Assembly: GCA_048013815.1 (NCBI GenBank)
Contig: CM106585.1
Location: 620,001 to 684,000 of the forward strand
Direction of reading: 5' to 3'
Origin: Setoptus koraiensis
Taxonomy: Eukaryota > Animalia > Arthropoda
DNA: 64,000 bases
Shown here: positions 45,590 through 56,395 of the stretch, in pieces
How the letters are laid out: each line of letters starts with the position of its first letter
How positions within the stretch are numbered: the first letter of the stretch is position 1
Notes under the pieces: generated by a model
Databases searched by the model: none
What the model saw: only the letters and a program-made list of their open reading frames with translations
Told to the model about the DNA's origin: nothing
Program-made: the position numbers and the translations under genes

Positions 45590-46911
45590 TCGTGATTTTT
45601 CTATTTTTATTGTCAACTTAAAAAAGTAGCTAGATACCGATGTTCTTCCGCCTCTCTTGCATGTAAACAGAAGAAATGTTTTTAGAGAGTTAATATATGG
45701 GCGTACATTTTCACTCAATTTTTTTCACTTTGAAAAATTCGTTTCCATGCATCAATTCAATTATATTTATCCTTCAAATGAATAAGCAGAACAGAATTGG
45801 TCTTGGTTTTTAAAAAATGATTCGGGCACAAACAACGAGAGATTGCGTCATAGACCCCGTTTTTCAGTTTTAGATCTTTCGCGAAACACCCTTTTCACAT
45901 ACTGTTTTGAAAAAGATGTTGGAATCTTGGTATCAGAAGATTTAAGACAACAGCGGCAATTCCATAGAAAATACAGAAATAATCACGATGATCATAACAT
46001 GTGATGATAACGTTATACGTGTATTCATTGAACAAACCTATCTCTTCATGCCACTAACTCTCAGGCCCTTTTTTGAGATAACGTACATTCTGACGTGGAA
46101 TCATTATGCTTATTATTCAACACCAACTCTGAGTGTCGGAAGTGCCTTGTATCGTCTAGTTTATCTCTTGATTCTTAATTTGGGAATTCTATACCTCCAA
46201 GTTTCCTCAAGAATCTTGCCTCGAAGTGCACTGATCGAGTTCACGGTGTTATCATCGCTCATTGTTGAGGTTATTCTGAACGATGAAGCACTTTGCAAAA
46301 TGTCTGTTGTGTATCAATCTCCCATCAATTCAAATGAGCTGGCCACTGGCGCTCACTGCCCTCGAACGCAATTAATACTGCTATAACTTTAATAATTAAT
46401 AATATTTTGCTTGCTGTACGATGTCGCATGACTTCAATTATTTAACTTCAATTGAGAGTCCTTGGTGAATACTTACAATAGACTATGTTTCCAATGCATG
46501 CTTCTGTGCGCTCAGCCGAGTGCGAACAATGTGTGATCAATGAATCGAAAATTCTTATTGCATTGTTGCATTAAGTTTGATGCAACTACGATGAAATGAT
46601 AATCCAACTCAGAGCATCGCTTGAGGCTTATCAAATGGTAATTCAAATGATTGCTCGAAGGCTTCTGCTGTAACAGAAACACGTGGCATGATTGCGGAAT
46701 GCAATTTCGGCAGTAGTAAGTCGGCCTCCTCACTTAGAGGCCCCAAATGATTCGTTTCGCCGGTATGTGCCTCCACTGTGGTGTGGATTATCATCGTGGC
46801 GATAAGATACATGTATGTGCCTGGTAAGAGACCAAATAATTTAACGCGTCAATTTATAGCAAAAATTGCATCTCTTTGATTACTTCACCTTCATTTTATG
46901 CTTATGGCCCC

Positions 46912-47886
46912 CTACTTATAACTATGCTCAGATGAGCTCGCTGACCCTCCTTGACGAAAGCGCAAGCCGGAAGCACGCAGATTATCGCGGGGTACTGACA
47001 TGGTCGCCCGGCTCAGGTGGTGATTTTCGTTTTCTAGCACCATTATGTGGGGATTTTTCTCTGACCATTCGCGAAACAGGTTATATTTCCATTTTATGTA
47101 GCTCCACGTGGCCAAAGTAATCAATAGCAACCAAACAAGAGATATGAAGTAGACAAATTCAAGTATAGTGTCGACTATTATGGTTGTTCTTTCCTTAAGT
47201 GCCATTATCGTGAGGCCACTACTATTCACATCAATTGTTTTAGTATTGTTGGCAAACCACTCTTGTGAGCTATGGTCAAGCATGGTACCGCTGAGGATTA
47301 AGCCCAAGCCAACTTGATAAAAGGCAAAGGCGAATACATTGAGAGTAACGAGTATCTCACTCAGTTCATTAGTGTGCTGTCTACTGTACATTGAATAAAA
47401 TTCATTACAAGAATCGTCATCAGTGTTGTCGTATAGTTCATCAGTTACATTTTTTCCATTGTGTTTTTTTGGCTCAACAAGCCAATTCTGGAATGACCTG
47501 GAATGATAATGTAATTTGAATTTGTATCTGCATATATCACAATTTACATGTTTGGTTACACTCAACCAATTGGCAAGGCATATCTGATGGACATAGGAAA
47601 AAATACCGCGACAATTACACGGTTTTATGAGATCCTGAGTAAATGAGGGATCCAATAATTGGCCTATCGTTGGACTTAGCATTATTTGCTGACTTCGTCC
47701 GTCTAGTCCAAATTTGAATTCTCTTTGGAAGCAGATACGGCACACATCGAACGGGCCAGGTGCCTGATTTCGTTCTTTATCCATCACTTGTCTACCGAGC
47801 ACATTATTAGTAAGCTCGGAACAACGAAAAACCGATAACGACGCATAGAAAAACTTACGTCTACAGCATTTGGGAACAGTCGACAC
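46912..47886 (-). CDS. Second MARCH-family RING-CH E3 ligase (324 aa)
   Basis: CRICF...LIKPCNCRGIFSYVHQICLANWL.....NCDICRYKF plus two TM helices. Confidence 0.9.
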   Translation of the reverse strand: MSTVPKCCRRKFFYASLSVFRCSELTNNVLGRQVMDKERNQAPGPFDVCRICFQREFKFGLDGRSQQIMLSPTIGQLLDPSFTQDLIKPCNCRGIFSYVHQICLANWLSVTKHVNCDICRYKFKLHYHSRSFQNWLVEPKKHNGKNVTDELYDNTDDDSCNEFYSMYSRQHTNELSEILVTLNVFAFAFYQVGLGLILSGTMLDHSSQEWFANNTKTIDVNSSGLTIMALKERTTIIVDTILEFVYFISLVWLLLITLATWSYIKWKYNLFREWSEKNPHIMVLENENHHLSRATMSVPRDNLRASGLRFRQGGSASSSEHSYK

Positions 47887-48130
47887 AGTGAGTTGAACCG
47901 CTTACTGTGGACAGGACAGTGAGTAACAGATAGTAGAGGTTTCTGTTTTTTGCTCATCACGTGAGACATTCTTACTTGTCACTTGAAATTTATCAGCCAA
48001 AAGCCATCTCGCGCTTCCTGCGGTCTAATTTGATTCGTTCGGTGTTCTTGCTATAGATTTTCTTCCATTTTTTCGTTCTTCTATTGGGATCGCGAAAAAC
48101 AAAAAAAAACCTGTTTTCATTGATGATTGG

Positions 48131-50257
48131 ATGGGGATTGTTATTAGATATGTTGTGAGAGCATTGATAATCATCATATTTCTTGGACTCTTGGTGACAT
48201 TGTTTATATTATGGCCGCAAATAATAAAATCGAGCCTCGAAAACAATATTGTATACAGAAGTGGCTCTGAGCCACTGTATAGATTTCAAACTAATGATGG
48301 CGCTATCTTGAAATGGCATTTTCATTTGTTTCATGTAGAAAATTGGCACCTTATCGTAACAGATAATACGAGAGAGTTCATCCTGAAAGAAGTGGGGCCC
48401 ATCGTTATGGATCAGTATCAGACTAGGTCTATAATAGATCACGACCAGAAGAAAGGTGAGATAACTTTCAAAGTGGAACGTTATTGGATCTATAATAAAC
48501 GAGAGTCAGCAGTGCCTTTCGACCGAAAAATTACCATTCCAAATATGCCTGTTTTAGGCCTAGCTGAAGCTCTATCTGATGTTGACACGATTAGAAGGTG
48601 GATTTTCCGATATTTATTCCTCACAGAACGGTATGTAACAAAGGAGAAAGAGTTGATTAATGGAACAATTAAGGAATTTCTGTTTGATGGCCAAAAGAAC
48701 AAAATGTTGGAAGCAGCACAAGCTGAGGTTGAAGAATCATCTTACAAAGATATAGTCTTAGATCAATTGGGTGGCAGATGGCCACTGGAGGACAATATGT
48801 TTGCGTTTTTCTACAAGCGGAACAACTCTCAGAGCATGCTCTACGACAATTTTACTATAACTATGGATACAGGCGAAATCAATTTGGACAATATAGGGAA
48901 GATCGTCAAATGGGATGGGGTAACCAACCTAAATAAATGGCCAGATGATCCGAAAAATTGCAATTCATTGGGAGTGCCGTTGGGCGAATCATTTGGGCCA
49001 TATCTGGAGAAGAACAATACGAAAAAATTGGAACTATTTGTGCCAGATCTTTGTATGAAGCTAAAATTTATCAGAGAAAACGAGAATGAGTACTGGCGAG
49101 GAATCAGAACCTTAAAGTTCACACTGGACAACGAAACTTTTTTCGCTCCTAGCAAGAATGCTGGAAACAAGTGTTATTGTTTTAATAGTACAAAAAATAA
49201 ATGGTGCGATTATGATGGAATAATCGAAATGGAAACATGTCACAGCAAAGGCTTCTACACATCGATGCATCATTTCTATAACGCATCGGAGGAGATTTGG
49301 AAAATGAATCCCAACTCTCGCATCACTGGGTTCCGTCGGCCCAATAAAGATGATACAAGTTACATATTGATTGAACCAAATACAGGTATCACAATTTATG
49401 CGAGCGTCAAGGTGCAATTGAACGTCAAAATTCAATATAGTTATTTGGATGATAATTTCAACGAATTTAAAGGATCAAACAATCACATTCTATTGCCAGT
49501 TCTGAAATTACAAATGTTAGCCCATGCAAATGGCTGGACAGCTTTTAAAATCCTAATCAAATTATGGTTTATCAAATATTGGGTTGTAGCGATATTGACT
49601 ATTTTAATGGCTTCTGTGACAATGGTCATAACCGAATGGTTTTTCTTGCACCAAAAACAATCAGAAACAAAACAGGGATCGTCTGAAGATCCCACAACTC
49701 TAAGTTCGCGACAGCGAACGCAATCGCCGACCAGAATTTCAAGAGTTACTAAATTTCCTCTATTTACAATAATTCCAAAGAGCGCAAAATCGCGAATAAT
49801 TCCAAAGAGCGCAAAATCGCAGATAATTCCAAAGAGCGCAAAATCTCGAATAATTCCAAAGAGCGCAAAATCTCGAATAATTCCAAAGAACGCAAAATCG
49901 CGGATAATTCCAAAGAACACAAAATCGTGGATAATTCCAAAGAGCGCAAAATCGTGGATAATTCCAAAAAGCGCAAAATCGCGGATAATTCCAAAAAGCG
50001 CAAACTCACGAATATTCCCAAAAAGCGGAAAATCGCGAATACTCCCAACGAGCGCAAAATCGCGAATAATTCCAAAATCGCCCGAGAAATCGGGAGGAAA
50101 ACGAATCCCGAAATTGTCGACAAGTCCAAAATCGGGATGGGGTCTACACTCACCAAGGACTATAGAATCTTCAGGGTCGAGAAAACAACGGAAGAGGCCC
50201 AAGTCACCTAAAACACCCAAAATATCTAATTCGACCACATCGCAGTTGTATTTTTAA
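48131..50257 (+). CDS. CD36/scavenger receptor class B family protein with long basic repeat tail (708 aa)
   Basis: N- and C-terminal TMs, LKEVGPIV, ITIPNMP, KWDG..NL..W, C..DG....C...FY.S..HFY and IEPNTG...A.VKVQLN. Confidence 0.88.
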   Translation: MGIVIRYVVRALIIIIFLGLLVTLFILWPQIIKSSLENNIVYRSGSEPLYRFQTNDGAILKWHFHLFHVENWHLIVTDNTREFILKEVGPIVMDQYQTRSIIDHDQKKGEITFKVERYWIYNKRESAVPFDRKITIPNMPVLGLAEALSDVDTIRRWIFRYLFLTERYVTKEKELINGTIKEFLFDGQKNKMLEAAQAEVEESSYKDIVLDQLGGRWPLEDNMFAFFYKRNNSQSMLYDNFTITMDTGEINLDNIGKIVKWDGVTNLNKWPDDPKNCNSLGVPLGESFGPYLEKNNTKKLELFVPDLCMKLKFIRENENEYWRGIRTLKFTLDNETFFAPSKNAGNKCYCFNSTKNKWCDYDGIIEMETCHSKGFYTSMHHFYNASEEIWKMNPNSRITGFRRPNKDDTSYILIEPNTGITIYASVKVQLNVKIQYSYLDDNFNEFKGSNNHILLPVLKLQMLAHANGWTAFKILIKLWFIKYWVVAILTILMASVTMVITEWFFLHQKQSETKQGSSEDPTTLSSRQRTQSPTRISRVTKFPLFTIIPKSAKSRIIPKSAKSQIIPKSAKSRIIPKSAKSRIIPKNAKSRIIPKNTKSWIIPKSAKSWIIPKSAKSRIIPKSANSRIFPKSGKSRILPTSAKSRIIPKSPEKSGGKRIPKLSTSPKSGWGLHSPRTIESSGSRKQRKRPKSPKTPKISNSTTSQLYF
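49769..50080 (+). repeat. 27-bp coding tandem repeat (IIPKSAKSR x~12)
   Basis: ataattccaaagagcgcaaaatcgcga and variants. Confidence 0.95.
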
Positions 50258-51460
50258 TGTATCACAGAAAGTAACCAATTCGATTGAATGCATTTGACAT
50301 GACAACGAATATCTCTGCTAGCGATTGATATAATATCCTCACAAGAAGTGGCTTTCTGTCTTGGATGGCTTCCCGAGTCACCGTAACATGCTACAGGTTT
50401 CTCAGAACCAACACAAAATGCGAATACATCATCAGTAGGGTAGGGCAAATCGGTCACTAAAATTAACTAAAATCGGTTCTTATGGGAGCAAATATAGCAT
50501 TTTCTCGGTTTTTTCGTTTTTTGGGGTCTCGATACTTTTGAAACACCATATACAGTGAGTGCAGGGTGCGTCGAGAATCGATGGTTTTGTTGCGTTTTCT
50601 GACAGAGTAATATCCGTAATATCGGCGCGACTTTGTTATGCTGACCGAAGTCAATAAATATCACAAGTGATCAGTGATCAATTGCCCAGCAACCGACTCT
50701 CGGAAACCCCAACAGGGCAGCTTTTCTTTATAATTTGGGCTAAATTTCTATTCTTTTCCATGAAAACCACCCGTATTTCGGTCCCTATGTGCAAGTTGGT
50801 GAAAATCGGTGATTATGAGGGAAATGAGTTGAATTTCGGTTTTTCGGTGACCACAAATACGTCTCAAAATCATCCTTATGATGAGAATGACTCGCTAGAA
50901 AATTCTTGGGGTTTTTGCCATGCACAGGAATAGTTCGGCTCGGAACCGATTTGCCCTACCCTAATCATCAGCATCTACCATTTTCTTCGCGTTCTAGATC
51001 TGATGGTTAACTGAAAAGTGCTGGTGGAATATCAAAGGAATTTTTCTCACTTTAACCACGACCAGCGACTGTCACCATGGTTCTGACCTTCGCTAATAAG
51101 TGATCACCAATTGAACTAATGAACATCGGAACAGTCGACGGAAATTCATTCCATTTTCCAAGTCCAACGGCTCACTTAACTTTATTAGGCCTATATCATG
51201 AATCAGGTTAACAGAATCGGTGGTTCTTCTCGCTAAATCTGCAGAAATCATTTTGAAATCTGGCCTTTTCCAGTAGATAAAAGATATATTTTAGATAAAA
51301 ATTTTGTAGATACAATCGAGGAATACAGTGTTTCGTTGACTCAATTAAACTATAGATTTCAATTCACAACCTAGCCGCACACCCATAAATCAAGGTTAAA
51401 CTGTCTTACAGCGTGATTCAAATGTTTTTAGATCCACTAATACTATCCACACCTAAAAAT
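50254..51460 (-). pseudogene. Trypsin-like serine protease pseudogene interrupted by a MITE
   Basis: HDIGLIKLSEPL at 51200-51165 (catalytic Asp motif), TVAGRG* (GWG-like) and FCVG....ACYGDSGS at 50382-50368 (catalytic Ser motif), in colinear order but with stops and frameshifts. The His motif is not clearly recoverable. Confidence 0.72.
50436..50963. mobile_element. hAT-superfamily MITE (528 bp)
   Basis: Perfect 19-bp TIR TAGGGTAGGGCAAATCGGT. 8-bp TSD ATCATCAG at 50428-50435 and 50964-50971. Confidence 0.93.
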
Positions 51461-51804
51461 CGTTTGTCCACTGCGAAAAATCTTTCAATTCCATCATGTT
51501 CCTATTCGAAGTGAGGGGGTTGAATCTCGGTGGAAATAAATGGGTCTCAAACGACTTTTATGTGCATGATTTGCTCACATACGAACTGATCTATTTCCAG
51601 CAGGGAAATAAATCAGTGATTCATCGATTCTGTTAGCCTTACAATTGAGCATTGTTCAGAAAGAGAACAATTTTCAGTTGCCACAATTAAACTGTTTCAA
51701 ATGTATGACAATGGAAATATGAATACATGATCCTTCAATTTATATCTGAAGGAATGATTTGTAGAATGAAGAAAAGAAGGGCGGAAATCACACTCGTTCT
51801 TGGC

Positions 51805-52833
51805 TCAATAAGTTCGCAAGTATTCGAATTGGCTTTGAAGATCAGGGCTAATGTCTTCAAATTGATCAGCCACATCAAATCTCTTCGGCTCTAGTGGCCG
51901 AAGCAAGCTGCCAGGTATTACATGTTGCGGAGGAGGTATTGATATTTCTACAACTTGGCAATATTGAACAATTCTGAGCCACCGACAGACTCTTGGACTG
52001 CTCTTCAATTTGTCGTCTGTAACGTTGTCTTCTCCGGCCCTGAAGCGATGGAAAGCTAATATCATCATGGGATTAATTGAGTTTTGCGCGTAACTATCGA
52101 TCAACTGGCAAGATTGCTTAAGATCCTCAAACTGTTTGACCTCCTCTTGGCTATCCAGACGAATAACTCTGCTGGTCCCTTGCTTTCTGAGTCCACGTTC
52201 AGCATTTCTCAACATCACAGTTTCTGCTGTAAGGAGTTTCTCCGGTAGGTCAACTTCTGAAATGGGCACACTCTCTTCGACCAGTCTACGAACAATTTGA
52301 TCATTTTCGACAACATCTAGGCTCCGTTTAAGGGCCTCGTCTGATTGTTCTGCTTGCTCTAGTTTTGTTTCGAGACTTCCTTTGCAAATTCGAATGATCT
52401 GACCGAATATTAATGATGTGAATTGGAACAGTCCATGGGTTCTCTTGCCAGGTTCAATTCGTCTACTCATGCCAGCAATGAGATCCAACAATTCTTGGAT
52501 TAAATTCTTTTCGCACACAGAATGTAATGTTCGAATTCTTTGAACCATTTCGTACAAAGCTCTCACATCTCCCACACCATCATAACTGCTCAAGCAGTCG
52601 TCAATAAGAAAATGAGTTTTCTCACTCTCAAGTTCTGGTGTTTTTTCCATCTCTTCTGCGAATTCTATGAATTTAGATATTGAGTTGAGAGATTCTATTC
52701 TGTATTTGCAACGAGATTTCGATGATGTCCATCGTCGTTCCTCCTCCCGCTCGCGCCTAGTTGCGCTGCAAGGCACGTACCAACCAACGACGCCGACGAT
52801 CAAAAATAACAAGAACACTTGTTGAACTGACAT
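51805..52833 (-). CDS. 6-Cys secreted protein family, member 1 (342 aa)
   Basis: Signal peptide and family motifs WTSS...C, CL.S.DG.GD, HSVCE, CK..LE.KLEQAEQSD, C.LID.YA and LKSS.RV.RW....YCQ. TATAAATA at 52941-52934. Confidence 0.88.
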   Translation of the reverse strand: MSVQQVFLLFLIVGVVGWYVPCSATRREREEERRWTSSKSRCKYRIESLNSISKFIEFAEEMEKTPELESEKTHFLIDDCLSSYDGVGDVRALYEMVQRIRTLHSVCEKNLIQELLDLIAGMSRRIEPGKRTHGLFQFTSLIFGQIIRICKGSLETKLEQAEQSDEALKRSLDVVENDQIVRRLVEESVPISEVDLPEKLLTAETVMLRNAERGLRKQGTSRVIRLDSQEEVKQFEDLKQSCQLIDSYAQNSINPMMILAFHRFRAGEDNVTDDKLKSSPRVCRWLRIVQYCQVVEISIPPPQHVIPGSLLRPLEPKRFDVADQFEDISPDLQSQFEYLRTY

Positions 52834-53464
52834 CTTAATCTGTATCTATTATTCGATCCACTGAGTCCTACTGTTTATTGTTTCATTTAAGCACAATTTC
52901 TGGGATAAAATTATTGCTTTTCACTGCCGTCCCTATTTATACCAGTCCGAAATTGCTCACCCCAAAAAGCCATATGAAAGAAGCTCTATTTTTACATCGC
53001 GATATTATCAATTGACTAACATGAGTAGTTAGATTCGCAGTAACCCAAATAGTCTCTGAAATATTTATTCTAGCTGAAACAGTCATTGAAGATTTCTCTC
53101 GCAAAGCAGTTTTTATCAGTCATACGAATATGTAGCATGGAACAATGCAGAGTTGTTTGTCACAAATGGACCAACAAATCTATTTTGGTTTCTATATTTG
53201 CGAACACAACAATCGATTGAAACTACCAGACGCGTTATATGACTAATCGCCTCCTAAAGGGTGTTTCAGTCAGATTGCACATCTATGAAACATACTAGCT
53301 GGCACATATTCTTTATGAAGTAGTGATCAAATTAAACTCAGCCTAACAAATCAGATGGGTAGTGTTGAGGTCAAGAAAAGTCCCAATTTGGGAGAATTAT
53401 TAATCTCGCGCTACATTCACAATCTATCTATTAAACCTTTCATATGCTGACATGTGCAACATAA

Positions 53465-54580
53465 CTAACTTGGTAAGTTAGTATCATTTAAATGATCGAT
53501 CTTCTTCTGACGCTTCAGAATCCATCCTTTGATTCTCTCATCGGAGCCTTCAGGGATCTCTGCTTTCGTAAGGTAGCTTTCTAAGTCCCACTCGATCTCA
53601 GTGAATATTTCTGGCTCTTCGAATTTATATTTGTATGGTTCATCACTTATAGCGGCTGTTTTCTCATCTTCCACATCAGGAAGAACTTTAATCAACGATA
53701 TACTCTGACAATATTGCACGACGTCAAGCCATCTAATGACTCGTGGGCTACTCTTCAATCTGTTATCGGTAACATCATCGACCTCGCCAGCTCTATAACC
53801 GCTCAGAGCGAGTAAAGATACGGGATAAATAGAACTCTGAGCGTATTTATCGATTAATTTGCAAGCATTTTTGATTTTCATCAATTCAGCCACCATTTCC
53901 TGGTCATCTAAAGCGATAGGAAACAACTTTAATGATCCATCCTTAGACTTCAAAGAGCCAGTCATGAAAATGTAATCCGCCAGATCAGCATTTGAATATT
54001 TTCTGCGTGGCATAATTTTTTCGATCAGGGGGCCTAGACTTTTATCCAATGGCTGTACGTTCCTTTTTTCTACCCTATCTTCAATGGAATTTAAACTTTG
54101 CCTCAGAGCCTCATCTGACTCTTCTGCTTGCTCTAATTTCTTTTCTATATTTCTTTTGCACGTGAGAATAACCTGTCCAGTAAATAATGTGAAAAATCGA
54201 GTAAGTCCATGTGAATATTTGATTTTGAAAAATTTGTCGACAGTTGCGTTGGCGATCATCCGTTTCTTGAATTGAACTAATTTGTCGATAAAATTCGGCT
54301 CGCAAACCGAGTCTATTCCAGGTATTTCCTCAACAATTTCCCTACATGCTACTATATCGCCCAATCCATCAGAGCTGCGTAGACAGGTGTTGGCTAAGTC
54401 GCGACTTTGGTCCTGAATGGTCCGATCGAAATCTTTAACGAAGCTCTTAAATTCTTCTACAGAGTCTATGCGTTCGACCTTCTCCCAACAGCTAACTCCT
54501 GAAGAGGTCCAAGGAGCCTTTTCTTCCAAATCACTGAAAAAGCATCCCACACAGGCGAAGGCGAATATTGAGCTCCACAT
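53465..54580 (-). CDS. 6-Cys secreted protein family, member 2 (371 aa)
   Basis: Same motifs; TATAAAA at 54840-54834. Confidence 0.88.
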   Translation of the reverse strand: MWSSIFAFACVGCFFSDLEEKAPWTSSGVSCWEKVERIDSVEEFKSFVKDFDRTIQDQSRDLANTCLRSSDGLGDIVACREIVEEIPGIDSVCEPNFIDKLVQFKKRMIANATVDKFFKIKYSHGLTRFFTLFTGQVILTCKRNIEKKLEQAEESDEALRQSLNSIEDRVEKRNVQPLDKSLGPLIEKIMPRRKYSNADLADYIFMTGSLKSKDGSLKLFPIALDDQEMVAELMKIKNACKLIDKYAQSSIYPVSLLALSGYRAGEVDDVTDNRLKSSPRVIRWLDVVQYCQSISLIKVLPDVEDEKTAAISDEPYKYKFEEPEIFTEIEWDLESYLTKAEIPEGSDERIKGWILKRQKKIDHLNDTNLPS

Positions 54581-55285
54581 TGAAATCGAGATTGATATTG
54601 AAATTTATTTATTTACTTAAATCTCTACTTTAGGTATCGTTCTGACGAATGGATTCTTTTCCTCCTCCTTGCGACAAATCTCGATCGATAAGAGCTTCTT
54701 TGGGATCTTCCAACTGAAGATCTTTGGATACACCTGATGTAACCAGATGTTATTTCTCTCATAGAGTTGACTAATAATAGAATTGTTTTATACATGAATT
54801 TATCACTTTGACGTGTTTCATATCTCCTCTGTATTTTATATCAGGTCTATCAAACGTGAACACAGCTCCATGTTCTATTTTTAAATTTAAGTCATAACTT
54901 ACTTCAATGACCAACAAATCAAGCCAATCGAGCTCGAGCTAACACATGGCGAAATTTTTTTCCACCTTCATCTCACTGGCGCCCACCATTGAGACCCATC
55001 TTTCAAACCAACATGTAGAGGGTAAGCTATCAAAAGGTCAGATACACTGCGCTTGTGTTCAGCAAACGTTTTGGAGATAGTCAGATACAGAAGCATTCTC
55101 ATAAGATGCAGAATCTAAATCTCCCTAGAAATCAGAAATTGAGTTAAATCAAGTGGTGCAATCGAATAATGTGGTTTTAAAAAATATACACGATTTATTT
55201 TGATAGGGTCACTTGATATTGCATAAATTTTTTCAACGTACACGGTTTATTCTCTTCGATATACACTAATGATAATCTAAATAAT

Positions 55286-56395
55286 TTATTTTTGATCTTT
55301 CTTGAACCGTTTCTGGATCCGACCCTTGACTCCATTATGAGAACTTTTCGGGGGATCAAAATAGCACTTTAGATCCCAACCAATATCGTCAAATGTTTCA
55401 ATTTCGTCGAATTCATGCCACTCCACTTGTTTAGTCTCTTCATCGTCCAATGCTTGCTGTGGTAGACTTTGTTTAATTTCTTCCGCCATATCCAAATCAA
55501 CATGGATGAGGGACACACTTTGGCAGTATTCGACGGTGTTGAACCATCGAGTAACTCTTAAACTCTTCTTCAAGCTTGCATCGACATCACCATCAACGTC
55601 TCCCGCTCGACAACCTCTTAATGCAAGTCTACTTATGGGATAGATAGAGCTCTTGGCGTATTTATCAATTAATTTACAAGCCTTCTTTATATTCAAAAAA
55701 TGCTCCAATGTTTCTTTGCCTCTCAAAGTGAGACGAAACAATCGCGGAGAACCATTTGTTGACTCGATAGACTCGGCCATGAAAATATCCTCTGGTAAAA
55801 CAGGTTTCATAGTTCTGCCTTGCTTTATTGAGTTAACTGAGGAGCGTAGCTCATCCACTTTCTGTTCTGCTGTCTCGACATATTCTAGGCTCTGTCTGAG
55901 TGTTGCATCTGATTGTTCTGCTTGCTCAAGTTTCTTTTCGAGATTTCTTTTGCATGTCAAGATAACTTGACCAGTGAATAAAGTGAAAAATCGAGTGAAT
56001 CCATGGGTCGATTTGTGCCGAAAAGCTTTGTTGCATGTAGCATTGTCATGCATTTGTTTTTTGAAGTCCAACAATTGGTCAATGAAATCCGGCTCGCATA
56101 CAGAATGAATTGTTTGTAACTGTTGAACTATTATATTCAAATTTATTAGATCAACTAAGCCGTTGGAACTTCGAAGACAGTTATTTACAAGCTGTGTTAT
56201 TTGTTTCTCATCTTTTTTCGTGTTATCCAAATCATGAATGAAGGCTTCAAATCTTTTCACTGAGTTCATAAATTTGACCTCCTCCCAACATTTATCCTTT
56301 GAAGAAGTCCATCGGGCTTCTATTCCGTTTGCCGTGATAACCCTATCGCTGAAAAGGCAACCGAAACATATTAAAATGAATATCAGACTCAGCAT
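55286..56395 (-). CDS. 6-Cys secreted protein family, member 3 (369 aa)
   Basis: Same motifs; TATAAATA at 56648-56641. Confidence 0.88.
   Translation of the reverse strand: MLSLIFILICFGCLFSDRVITANGIEARWTSSKDKCWEEVKFMNSVKRFEAFIHDLDNTKKDEKQITQLVNNCLRSSNGLVDLINLNIIVQQLQTIHSVCEPDFIDQLLDFKKQMHDNATCNKAFRHKSTHGFTRFFTLFTGQVILTCKRNLEKKLEQAEQSDATLRQSLEYVETAEQKVDELRSSVNSIKQGRTMKPVLPEDIFMAESIESTNGSPRLFRLTLRGKETLEHFLNIKKACKLIDKYAKSSIYPISRLALRGCRAGDVDGDVDASLKKSLRVTRWFNTVEYCQSVSLIHVDLDMAEEIKQSLPQQALDDEETKQVEWHEFDEIETFDDIGWDLKCYFDPPKSSHNGVKGRIQKRFKKDQK

Noticed and set aside
45988-46812. Short ORFs and splice-like signals between the receptor and MARCH2
   Set aside because: No coherent frame could be assembled on either strand; many stops. 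A decayed gene is possible but unsupported.
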